In this document: positions 11,361 through 23,145 of the stretch, in pieces | Layout of the letters: every line of letters begins with the position of its first letter | How positions within the stretch are numbered: the first letter of the stretch is position 1 | Source: Eledone cirrhosa | Taxonomy: Eukaryota | NCBI GenBank assembly: GCA_964016885.1 | Contig: OZ024748.1 | Coordinates: 2,418,001-2,482,000 of the forward strand | DNA length: 64,000 nucleotides | Reading direction: 5' to 3' | Position numbers and translations under genes: made by a program | Notes under the pieces: model-generated | Database searches by the model: none | Told to the model about the DNA's origin: nothing | The model's input: the letters and a program-made list of their open reading frames with translations, nothing else

Positions 11361-13104
11361 CACTGTGTAACAAAAAAATTATTTTTCTCTCTTCCTGGCT
11401 TGTAATCACTTTTTTTGTGTTGCTTAGGTCCCAAATAAATAAAAAAAAAGTGCTGTTAAACAGTTAAAAGTTTGGGTTTGTAAAAATTCTAAGCTATTCA
11501 CTAGAATTATTTGTATGCTGGATTTTACATTGTATGTAAGTTTAATTTGCTTATGTTAAATGATTTTTTTATATATGTTTCAGGTTAAATTAAAATTATA
11601 AAATAAAGAGTAATACCTAAAGAAAATTATAAAAGTGCAATAAAGTATAAAATTGTTAAAAAGTGGATTAAAGAGATTTATTGATACTGGATTTTCGCAC
11701 CCTGAATAAAGGGTAAGTTGTGTTTTAAGCATTCGTCTCCAGGATGAAGCAGTGGAACTTGGTCAAGGAGGAAGTGCAGGTGACAAGTCAGAGAAGTCGA
11801 CACAAACTTTCTCAGGCTTTTACACTCTTAGGGATGGCCTCTGCTTCTGCCATGATGTGCCTGGACTGTTTGACGTTATTGGGGTACCGTTTGTGCCCAA
11901 GGAGTGGCGGCTATTTATAGACAGCTCCACCACAAGTTTGAAGGCTGTCCTCCTCCACAATGGAAACAAGTTCCCGACACTGCCCCTAGCTCATTCAGTC
12001 TGCCTGAAGGAAGATTACTACAGTGTGAAAGTCCTCTTGGAAGCTCTGCAATACAACCAGTACAATTGGGAAATCATTGGAGACTTCAAGATGGTGGCTT
12101 TCCTGCTAGGACTCCAAGGAGGCTTTATCAAATTCCAATGCTTCCTCTGCCTTTGGGACAGCAGAGCCACCTCTGACCACTACAAAAGAAAGAACTGGTA
12201 GCAGCGAACAGAATTTGTAGTTGGGACCCGGAACGTCATGTGGGAGCCACTGGTTGATCCCAGGATTGTGCTCATGCCGCCACTGCACATTAAGTTAGGG
12301 TTGATGAAGCAGTTTGTGAAGGCTCTCAACCAAGAATCGGCCGCTTTTAAGTACCTTCTTGAGTTCTTCCCCAAGTTATCTGAGGCCAAAATCAAAGGTG
12401 GAATTTTTGTTGGACCTCAGATAAAGAAGGTGTTTGAGTCTACCGAGTTCTCCAATAAGCTCAATAGGATTGAGAGAACAGCATGGAACTGTTTCAAGGC
12501 AGTTGTTAAGGGCTTCCTGGGCAACTACAGAGCTGAAAACTACCAGCAATTGGTGCAGGATCTGATAAAGGCTTTTGGCGCCATGGGATCCAGGATGTCG
12601 CTTAAACTCCATATGCTGGACGCTCACCTGGAAAAATTCAAGGACAATATGGGCGCCTACTCAGAAGAACAAGGCGAACGATTCCACCAAGATGTGAAAG
12701 AGATAGAGCGGAGATACCAGGGCCACTACAATGAAAAAATGATGGGGGACTATATCTGGGGGCTAGTGCGGGAATGCGACCTGGACTACAACCGCAAATC
12801 CAGGAAATCCAGTCATTTCTGACGTGTATAAGTTGCTTTATAAGTGTTATTTGTTTTTACTTGTTTGCTTTTGATAAGCTTGTGTAATAAAATATATATA
12901 TACTCTGTTGATTTAATTATATGAACTGAAAAATTTTTTTTAAATGTGTTTTTTCTTGAAAAATATGAAAATTTTGAAATATCAAACTCCTGACCACAAA
13001 CCAAAACTTCTTATTAAATAATAGTGTTTTTTTTATAATAATGGGATATAATAAACCAGGAAATGACACTTAAAATTGGGGAACAAAAAATATGTTACAC
13101 GGTG
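11361..13104 (+). mobile_element. Chapaev3-like (CMC superfamily) DNA transposon, internally deleted
   Basis: Terminal inverted repeats CACTGTGTAACA (11361-11372) and TGTTACACGGTG (13093-13104). Flanks are TGA / TAA, a TWA-type 3-bp TSD with one mismatch. The element contains a transposase remnant. Confidence 0.75.
11738..12822 (+). pseudogene. Transposase pseudogene of the Chapaev3-like element (C-terminal catalytic region)
   Basis: SRMKQWNLV... is followed by a frameshift near 11805, then GLCFCHDV, EWRLFIDSS, SLKAVLLHNGN, IGDFKMV, CFLCLWDSR, an in-frame TAG at 12199-12201, PPLHIKLGLMKQFVKAL, MSLKLH, SEEQGERFHQD, RYQG and MMGDYIW. ORFs 11752-12201 and 12238-12822 are in the same frame. The N-terminal zinc-finger part is missing. 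Confidence 0.85.
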
Positions 13105-13392
13105 TAATTAATTGCCATAAGCAGGTGCTTCAGTGGTCGATGCTTGTGCAGACAGGGTTAAACATTAGAGGCGTTAATATTTAGTGTGGGAATTTAAGCA
13201 GAACAATTATAATCTAAGAAATTGAAGAAAGAGAAGCAGACCATTAAAATATATTTATAAGGAGCTCTGACACATGTTACACGCAAGGGCATAACGTGTG
13301 TTTTAACAGTCGGCTTCTCTTTCTACAATTTCTTCGATTATATATATATATAATTTTATTTCTCATCCTAGCACAGCTGATACATAACTGTG

Positions 13393-13423
<31 letters not shown>

Positions 13424-13506
13424 ATGTGTGCATACTTACATTTATATCATCATCATCGTTTAATGTTCATCTTCCATGCTAGCATGGGTTAGATGGTAAA
13501 AGTAAA

Positions 13507-13625
13507 TGCTTACAGCACCTAGGTTTTCCAAGTGGTCACCCATCTAAGTATTAACCAGGATCGATGTTGCTTAACTTCGGTGATCGGACGAGCACCGATG
13601 TTTTCAGGATGATATGGCCGTAAAC
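13507..13625 (-). rRNA. 5S rRNA copy, full length (119 nt), probably a retroposed pseudogene or SINE head
   Basis: The reverse complement reads GTTTACGGCCATATCATCCTGAAAACATCGGTGCTCGTCCGATCACCGAAGTTAAGCAACATCGATCCTGGTTAATACTTAGATGGGTGACCACTTGGAAAACCTAGGTGCTGTAAGCA. It is colinear with metazoan 5S, has recognisable box A (AGTTAAGC) and box C (GATGGGTGACC), and carries several transition-type changes. It is a single copy, not in an array. Confidence 0.85.
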
Positions 13626-13663
<38 letters not shown>

Positions 13664-13817
13664 TATATTATGAAGGGTCAGGACCTGATGGCTGAGCTCT
13701 TGCCATATATATATATATATATATATACATACACATATATATAATATATACAGGGTGTCCCGAAAAAAAAATAATAAATAAATATATATATATATATATA
13801 TATACATATTATATATA

Positions 13818-13918
13818 CAGGGTGTCCCGAAAAAATGTATACATACTTTGAATACCTGTACAGGCAATATTTATTAGAATGCTGTTGAACTATGTATATA
13901 TTTTGGGGGGACACCCTG
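13818..13918. mobile_element. Tc1/mariner-type MITE (101 bp)
   Basis: TA-flanked TIRs CAGGGTGTCCC / GGGACACCCTG. An extra left end sits at 13751. Confidence 0.7.
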
Positions 13919-14957
13919 TATATATATCCATCGGTAACTCTTTACACACATATATATGTATATATACAATGCATTTCCTATATCAGTCATGAATCCACAA
14001 ATTGCAGCTAGTTTGCTTTCCTATCACAAGAGCCGGAGTTCTAGCCCTACATTTGTCCCTGTAAATAGTTATTTTTCCCAAGTTACTCATATATATAATC
14101 CCGTATGTCATTTGCACATATATACTAAACATTTATGTAAGTATATCTCAGAAATAAATAATTAAAATATTCTTATCTTTAATCATTTCCATATGGTTTC
14201 TCTTATGCAAACTATAAATTTATAAACTCAAATTTCCCAATTTGTATGACTATTCATATACACACACACAGCATGGGCCTGCATCTTACATGGTTTTAAA
14301 TTGTGTGTTGTTTGAATATACAGTGTAAGTAATTCAAAATATGTTCTGTTTCACACGAAACCACATCACTTTAAGGGAGATAACTTTAATCAGCACTGCT
14401 ATCATTTTTTTTCCTGTTTTTTTGTTGTTTATTTATTCTATTTTAGTTTTCACTCTTGTATTTCTAATTTCCATTTTTTTTTTCAGCTTTCTCTATACAA
14501 TCATAATTAAATAAATAAGATTTTTTGCTAAATTCAATATTTAATCCTTTAGCATTTACATTACTCTATATTTACCATTGTATTTTCACGGTAAAGGCTT
14601 TATCTCACATAATTATCTCACATAATATCAAATCTATGAGATTTTGATATTATTTATTTTGAGAACAACACCTTAAATTCGGTATGAATGGCCGGTTATG
14701 CCCTGTTTGAACAGAGAGAGGTGAGAGAATTTTGGCCAGATGTGTCCAGTTTAAATGGTAGGAGACTGAGTGGAGGGCAAAATAAGGAAAACTTCTAGTG
14801 AAAGTAGATCCAGAGGCAGACTGACCATACAGATATTTGAACAATACAACACTGGGTCTCTGTACTAGGTAAAATAAAACAACTGAAAAAATGTCTTGGT
14901 AAACTGGAGTTACAGCTACTGCACAAAGTTTGAAATGAATATGATACAAGCCTTTAC

Positions 14958-15310
14958 TAAGCTGTGGAAACACACCTCTGGCTCTCAGAAGTCACAGCAA
15001 TCCATTGGTCAATGTCACCTTAGTTAAGCTGTGAAAACATACCTCTGGCTCTTAGCAGTCTGTTGGTCAACATCACTATAGCTGAGCAGTGGAGAAACAC
15101 CTCTGACTCAGCAGTCTGTTGGTCAACATTACCGTAGCTGAGCAGTGGAAACATATCTCTGGCTCTCAGCAGTCTGTTGGTCAACATTACCATAGCTGAG
15201 CAGTGGAAACACACCTCTGACTCTCAGCAATCTGTTGGTCAACATCACTATAGTTGAGCAGTGGAAACACACCTCTGACTCTCAGTCATCAGCAATCTGT
15301 TAGTCAATAC
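14958..15310. repeat. ~60-bp tandem repeat (~6 copies)
   Basis: GCTGAGCAGTGGAAACACACCTCTGACTCTCAGCAGTCTGTTGGTCAACAT... repeated head to tail. Confidence 0.9.
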
Positions 15311-18300
15311 CCACCATTCTACCTTGCCCCCATCCCTAGTATCTGGGTTGAGTCCTATGACCCAGTTCACTACTAAGCAGACCTATTGTGTAGCTTTGAC
15401 CCAAATTCAAGTAATTGTTTATCTTATTAAAAAGATTGACACATGACAACACCAAACACTGAAATGTTTTACTTTTGTCAATATTACCTTTGAAAATAAA
15501 ATGCTTACATCATGTCCTTTCTTTTTGAAATAAGTCAAAGTAATTCAATCTTCCAAATTTGAAAATATAACTTACAAAGCTGACTTTGTGTTAGAGCAGT
15601 GTTTATCTTCTTTTTATTCATAGGAGTGTCGTAGCGGCAGAGTCCTAAAGCACGCCTTCCAGTGGGCTTTGTCAAAAGCAACCAACACAAATTAATCTGG
15701 CTGGCTCCCCAAGTGAGACAAGTAGAACCTCATGGATGTTATCCAAACATTTTGCTCCTGATCTACCCCTGCAACTCCTGCCAGTTAATTTTGCTCATAA
15801 AACGTTTGTCTGGCGATTCTTTCTTGGGTCATTCTGACCACATGTCCATAATATCGGAGCTGTGATCTCTCAATTCGGAAAAGGGAAAAGTAGTGGCTCT
15901 ATCTGGAGTGACTCTCTGATCTCCAAACTCCATACTATCAAGTAATATTGCTCCAAAGACCCTTTAGAGGAACCCCCATTTCAGCCACTTGTAATTCGCA
16001 ATAGTATCATTTTGGTTATCACTCAAGATTCATAACCATAGATGTGAGTTGGCACAAATACAAAATTGAAGATAGCGATTTGGCTTTTAAGAACAGACAA
16101 CACTAGGTATTTCAGCTCACGTAAATATGAACAATCTTTCCATCTGCTGCCATATATCAACAGTCTTTCTTTTTCTCTTTTTTGTCTGACAAACAAATAA
16201 TAAAAAAAGATTAATAATATTTGTTTACATAAACTGGTAGAAATGTTGTGATGTTTCTGCTAACTCTTTGCAGTCATCATCACCGTTTAACATCCATTTT
16301 CCATACTAGCATGGGTAAGACCGGCTGTCCCTTTGTGAGAGATCAGGTCAGGGCTAATTTTGGCTTTGTTTCTACAGCTGGATGCCCTTCCTAATGCCAA
16401 CCACATTTACAGTAAGTAGTGCGTGCTTTTTGTCATGACACCTACATGATCACTTTACAGTGAGTTGAGGGGTTGAATAAGAAACTATGACTGTTATCCA
16501 TTGTATGAAACCTCGTCTTCAGAGACCAAAAGAGAATGGGTTAGTCAGGTATCTCTGTGGGAATTATGTTATGGTTACATATGTCAGTGGAATACTCAGC
16601 CAGTTGCACTTTAATTTGATGAACATGTTGTGGCTTAATATTTAGGATCTTTATTTTAAAGTCCTTTTTTTTTCTTTTGTTAAAATCTTTCTATGGAAAT
16701 GTTTTGGAAGAACCTTTGTTAAGTTATGCTTCATACAGCAACTTAGTAATGGTTTCAGATTTAAGCACAGGGTCAACAATTTTGTGGGGAAGGGAAAGTC
16801 GATTAAATCAATCTCAGTACATGACTGATACTTTATTTTATCAACCTCATATTTTATTGACCCCGTAAGGATGAAAGGCAAAGTTAACCTTGGCGGGATT
16901 TGAACTCAGAACATAAAGGGAAACATGTTTGAGACATAAGTTTAGAAAGGCTTTTACATAAAATTATGATAGATTTTAGGAGTGTTTTTAGATAAATATA
17001 TACAGTTTAGATTAAACAGTTTTGTGCCTATAAAAATAGGGGCTCCAATTTCAGGCTGATTGGTATTAAAAAGGTTAAAATGTTTGTTGTTGTTGTAGAC
17101 AGCCGAACAAACAGATAGATAGTGACAAAAGAAGACAGTGTTGTTATCTTTTACATAGACTACAAACATCTACAATGTTTATCTATCTACTTTAATATGG
17201 AACCTATCATTAACCCTTTTGTGATTACCACCACCACCAACACTACCAACACCAACAACACCACCACCACCAACAACACCACCAACACCAACACCAACAT
17301 CAAACAACACCAACACCAACAACACCAACACCATCATCATAAGCTTTAACAGTCATATCAATGACTCAATATCACGCTACCATCACCAACATCATCACCA
17401 CCACCACCACAACTACCACCAGCACCACAAACGCCATCACCACCACCACCACCACAAACGCCATCACCACCACAAACACCATCACCACCACCACCACAAC
17501 CATCTCCACAAACGCCATCACCACCACCACCACCATCATCACCACTGCAACCACCACCACCACCATCACCACTGCAACCACCACCACCTCCATCACCACT
17601 GCAACCACCACCACCACCATCACCACTGCAACCACCACCACCATTTTACATCTATCTTCCATATTAACGTGGATTTATTTCTAACAGGAATATGCTGCCT
17701 TTCTGTTTCAATTACCAAAATAATCAGGAACAATGGAAGGTTTAATGAAATAATTAAATTTTCAACTTAGTAATAATTGTTTCTACTTTAGGCACAAGGC
17801 CAGCAATTACCCAGTTCATTACTGGTACTTTAATTTATCAACCCCGTAAGGATGAAAGGCAAGAAAGATAAATACTTAACTACATATATCTATTACTGTC
17901 AGGATTGGCAGTATCAGTAGAGTGTCAGACACCATGCTTTGCAGCATAGAGTTATGACCCTTTGCGTTCTGAGTTCAAATCCCACTGAGGTTAACTTTGC
18001 CTTTCATCCTTACAGGGTCGATAAAATAAAGTACCAGTAATGCACTGTGCTCAGTTTAATCGACTTTCCCAAGTCACACTCTACTATCCCAAGTCACACT
18101 CTACTATCCCAAGTATTGAGTACTCTATATATGTATATATATACTATACAGACATACATGGATGATTAAATTTGTTGATTTCTGATTACGTATGAGTAGC
18201 CCACTTTAGCAAAGGTAGGTCAGTAATATAAAGAGAATATGTCAAGCTATGTGTGAGATACAAAAAAACTTATTTTGTCAGGTTTTCATAAATAAGCAGC

Positions 18301-18469
18301 TATTCACTATTATCTGCTGCATGTAAAGTAAACAGTTTGTTTTGATGTAGAATAACAAACAGCCAAGTCACCCTGTTTACACACACACACACGCACGCAC
18401 ACACACACGCACACACACACACACACACACGCGTTCAAATGTTTAAACTTTGCACTGACACTTCCATTT

Positions 18470-20485
18470 CTATCACACTAGTGTGTGACATCTATGTTCC
18501 TATCACACTAGTGTGACATATAAACACATCCCAGTTACTATCACACTAGTGTGACATATAAACACATCCCAGTTACTGTCACAGCAGTGTGTGACATATA
18601 AACACATCCCAGTTACTGTCACAGCAGTGTATGACATATAAACACATCTCTGTTACTGTCACAGTAGTGTGTGACATATAAACACATCCCAGTTACTGTC
18701 ACAGTAGTGTGTGACATATAAACACATCTCTGTTACTGTCACAGTAGTGTGTGACATATAAACACATCTCTGTTACTGTCACAGCAGTGTGTGACATATA
18801 AACACATCTCTGTTACTGTCACAGTAGTGTGTGACATATAAACACATCTCTGTTACTGTCACAGCAGTGTGTGACATATAAACACATCCCAGTTACTGTC
18901 ACAGTAGTGTGTGACATATAAACACATCTCTGATACTGTCACAGTAGTGTGTGACATATAAACACATCTCTGTCACAGCAGTGTGTGACATATAAACACA
19001 TCTCTGTTACTGTCACAGTAGTGTGTGACATATAAACACATCTCTGTTACTGTCACAGCAGTGTGTGACATACAAACACATCCCTGTTACTGTCACAGCA
19101 GTGTGTGACATACAAACACATCTCTGTTACTGTCACAGCAGTGTATGACATATAAACACATCTCTGTTACTGTCACAGCAGTGTGTGACATATAAACACA
19201 TCTCTGTTACTGTCACAGCAGTGTGTGACATATAAACACATCCCAGTTACTGTCACAGTAGTGTGTGACATATAAACACATCTCTGTTACTGTCACAGTA
19301 GTGTGTGACATATAAACACATCTCTGTTACTGTCACAGCAGTGTGTGACATATAAACACATCTCTGTTACTGTCACAGTAGTGTGTGACATATAAACACA
19401 TCTCTGTTACTGTCACAGCAGTGTGTGACATATAAACACATCCCAGTTACTGTCACAGTAGTGTGTGACATATAAACACATCTCTGATACTGTCACAGTA
19501 GTGTGTGACATATAAACACATCTCTGTCACAGCAGTGTGTGACATATAAACACATCTCTGTTACTGTCACAGTAGTGTGTGACATATAAACACATCTCTG
19601 TTACTGTCACAGCAGTGTGTGACATACAAACACATCCCTGTTACTGTCACAGCAGTGTGTGACATACAAACACATCTCTGTTACTGTCACAGCAGTGTAT
19701 GACATATAAACACATCTCTGTTACTGTCACAGCAGTGTGTGACATATAAACACATCTCTGTTACTGTCACAGCAGTGTGTGACATATAAACACATCCCAG
19801 TTACTGTCACAGCAGTGTGTGACATATAAACACATCTCTGTTACTGTCACAGCAGTGTGTGACATACAAACACATCTCTGTTACTGTCACAGCAGTGTGT
19901 GACATACAAACACATCTCTGTTACTGTCACAGCAGTGTATGACATATAAACACATCTCTGTTACTGTCACAGCAGTGTATGACATATAAACACATCCCAG
20001 TTACTGTCACAGCAGTGTGTGACATATAAACACATCTCTGTTACTGTCACAGCAGTGTGTGACATAAACAGATCCCTGTTACTGTCACAGCAGTGTGTGA
20101 CACATCCCTCTTACTGTCACAGCAATGTGTGACATATAAACACATCCCAGTTTCTGTCACAGCAGTATGTGACATATAAACACATCTCTGTTACTGTCAC
20201 AGATGTGTGTGACATATAAACACATCCCTGTTACTGTCACAGTAGTGTGACATATAAACACATCCCTGTTACTGTCACAGCAGTGTGACACATCCCTCTT
20301 ACTGTCACATCAGAGTGTGACATATAAACACATCCTTCTTACTGTCACAGCAGTGTGTCACATATAAACACATACCTCTTACTGTCACAGCAGTGTGTCA
20401 CATATAAACACATACCTCTTACTGTCACAGCAGTGTGTCACATATAAACACATCCCTGTTTCTATTACAGCCGTGTGTGACATAC
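18470..20485. repeat. Minisatellite, 40-bp unit GTGTGACATATAAACACATCTCTGTTACTGTCACAGCAGT, ~50 copies
   Basis: Tandem array with degenerate edges and an internal TGTCAC...GTGACA dyad in every unit. Confidence 0.97.
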
Positions 20486-22734
20486 AAATAAATGCATTAC
20501 TATTTCTCTAATACTATTTAACACACCTGAACAAACTAAGTTGTCATTTAAATGGGAGGAAGGAGAAGAAGTATTTAAGTAATGATCAGTAAATGGATGC
20601 TTTTGGAGATTTAACCATTCATGTAGTTAGTTTACTGTTATTTTAACCCAAACCCAGCACTGATTGAGCAAACTTATGATCTAACCTACATCATCTATAA
20701 CTATATTATATTATATCTAGATATTTTATATATCTAGGACTCAAGGACTACATCATCCATAATTATATTATATTATATCTAGATATAATATAATATAGGG
20801 CAGTGAATTGGCAGTATCGGTAGAGGCTTTCTAGCATAGTTACATCCCTTTACGGTCTGAGTTCAAATCCCGTTGAGATTAACTTTGCCTTTCATCCTTA
20901 CGGGGTCGATAAAATAAAGTACCAGTAATGTACTGGGTAATTGCTGGCCTTGTGCCAAAAGTAGAAACAATTATATCTAGATATTTTATGTCTAGGACTC
21001 AAGGACTATATCATCCATGACTATATTATATATATATCAAGATATTTTATGTATCCATCTTTTTTCCTTTTATGTGTGATTTGAAATAAATTTGACTGCT
21101 AGTTTTAGCAGGATAAACAACTATAAATGGATGTAAAATGGTGATGATGATGATGGTGATGATAGAGGTTCTTTTGTTAAATTTTTTGAAGTAGCTTTAT
21201 TAGAGTAGGTGTTGTACATCTGTTTACTCCTACCAGTTCTGACCAACTTGACAATGATGTAGTAATGATGATAATGATAGGAATGGAGGGCTCTCCTGAC
21301 TGACTATGAAGTGGCACTTGGAAAGTTCTTCTCCAGAACACAAGCCTGAGCAGGGTGTTTTGTGGAAGACCAGCAGTATCCCATACATGGCTGCTTCCCC
21401 TCTCTACACCTCACATGTTATACAGGGAAATTGTAAACAGTAATACAGCTTGGTACCAGTGTTGTCACAAACCATATATATACCATATATATACATTATA
21501 TATGATGTTATCCGAGAGTAAGGTAAAGGCTAGTACAACTTTGTACAAGTGATATCACAAACCATATATATACACTTTATATACACTATATATACACTTT
21601 ATATACACTATATATATACCATATATATACACTATATATGTTGTTGTCCAGGGGATGTTGTCAAAGGCTAGTACAACTTGACACCAGTGTTTTCGCCACT
21701 CAATTTTTTCAAACTGAATGATCTGGAACAATATGAAATAAAGTGTCTTGCTCAAGGACACAACACACCACCTAGTCAGGGAATCAAACTCAAAACCTCT
21801 CAATTGTGAACCTTACACTCTAATCATTAACCCTTTAGTATTTACATTACTCTATATATATTATTGTATTTTCATGGTATTTACATAATATTGAGAACAA
21901 TACCTTAATGTCAGTATGAGCAGCTAGTTACAGCTAATTTGAACAGAAAGAGGTGAGAGGATTCTGGCCGGATGTGGCCAGTTTAAATGCTAAAAGGTTA
22001 AGCCATATAACTTCACAATAGTAATGGACAATGAAAATTACACAGTTCATACTGGTGGGGACCAATACCTCTTTTATTTCACTCCCCTCGACTGGTATTT
22101 TGTCTCTCTTGTCAAGGACATGACAACCTCACCATGATATAATGCACTCAGTACACTCTGTAAAGTGGGTAACATTAGGACAGCAGATATCCATGTAGGA
22201 ACCACTCCCTGGTTGACCTCCACCACATTCTGTTTGGTTTTGGTCATATCTAAGGTGTAGCAGTATTCACTAAGCTTGACCAATTGCAGGTTGGTGAGGC
22301 TTTTTAACCTGTAATTGAGGTAGATGGCCATTGACTCAGAAGATTTCATTCACCCTTTTAACAGCTCTTGGCTTTTTGTGCTGCTGGAGTTTTTGTGGAG
22401 CAGGGTCTGGTGAGGGTGGGGGAGGACACAGGTTTAGTTGCCAACCATTCAACCACGAAGCCAGTAGCTACAATTATATACTAAATTGCTCTCTACTAAC
22501 TCATCTAACCCATGCTAACATGACAAAGGCCGACACAAAACAACAATAATGGTGATAATGAATTATTACATTGCCTAATTTTGACAAGGAGGTTAGGGCT
22601 GGTTGTTAGTGAGGATCTCACGTTCAAAACTAATTATAAATAAGTTTAACTAAAAACAAATTAGTAATAATTCCTGTTGGTAAAGCAGTTGAAAGCTGAC
22701 TTAGAATTATATTGCTTTAAAACTCACATCTGGT

Positions 22735-23145
22735 TTAACCTTTTAGCATTTAAACCGGCCATATCTGGCCAGAACTCTCTCACCTCTTTCGGTTCAAACC
22801 GGCATTAACTGGCCACCCATATCTACATTAAGGTATTGTTCTCAAAATAAATAATATCAAAATTTCAGAGATTCGATATTAAGTGAGATAATTATTTAAG
22901 ATAGTAAATATAGAATAATTATTTCTACTTTTGGCACAAGGCCAACAATTATCCCAGTGCATTACTGGTACTTTATTTTATCGACCCCCGTAAGGATGAA
23001 AGACAAAGTTAACCTCGGCGGGATTTGAACTCAGACCATAAAGGGCCGTAACTCTTTGCTGCAAAGCATGGCATCCGACCCTCTACCGATACTGCCAATC
23101 CACTGCCCAAGTAAATATAGAATAATGTAAATGCTAAAGGGTTAA
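22735..23145. mobile_element. piggyBac-like MITE (TTAA-CCCTTTAGCATTTA termini) with a nested SINE
   Basis: TTAA flanks and CCC/GGG-type TIRs. Other copies lie at ~14542-14760, 21827-22001, 23287-23497, 23494-23718, 34080-34307, 48838-49018, 52737-52932 and 61647-61845. Confidence 0.75.
22920..23109 (-). mobile_element. tRNA-derived SINE (octopus OK-like family) with 17-bp TSD
   Basis: Head GGGCAGTGGATTGGCAGTATCGGTAGAG with B-box GAGTTCAAATCCC. TSD AGTAAATATAGAATAAT at 22903-22919 and 23110-23126. Many other copies: ~4771-4963, 9447-9625, 17900-18065, 20797-20974, 27140-27575, 33324-34047 (cluster), 49142-49352, 53729-53946, 57822-57965, 60483-60698. Confidence 0.85.

Noticed and set aside
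12199-12201. Programmed stop read-through or editing-restored UAG in the transposase
   Set aside because: The element also has a frameshift and an N-terminal deletion, so simple pseudogenisation explains the stop.
13507-13625. Functional 5S rDNA locus
   Set aside because: It is a solitary copy with substitutions, fused to a retroelement tail; kept as a probable pseudogene or SINE head.
18470-20485. CRISPR-like array of palindromic repeats
   Set aside because: Units are contiguous with no unique spacers, there are no cas genes, and the context is eukaryotic and intron-rich.
20797-20880. tRNA gene suggested by A/B-box-like motifs (also 45133-45200, 50055-50120)
   Set aside because: These are heads of multi-copy SINEs with no complete cloverleaf or acceptor stem.
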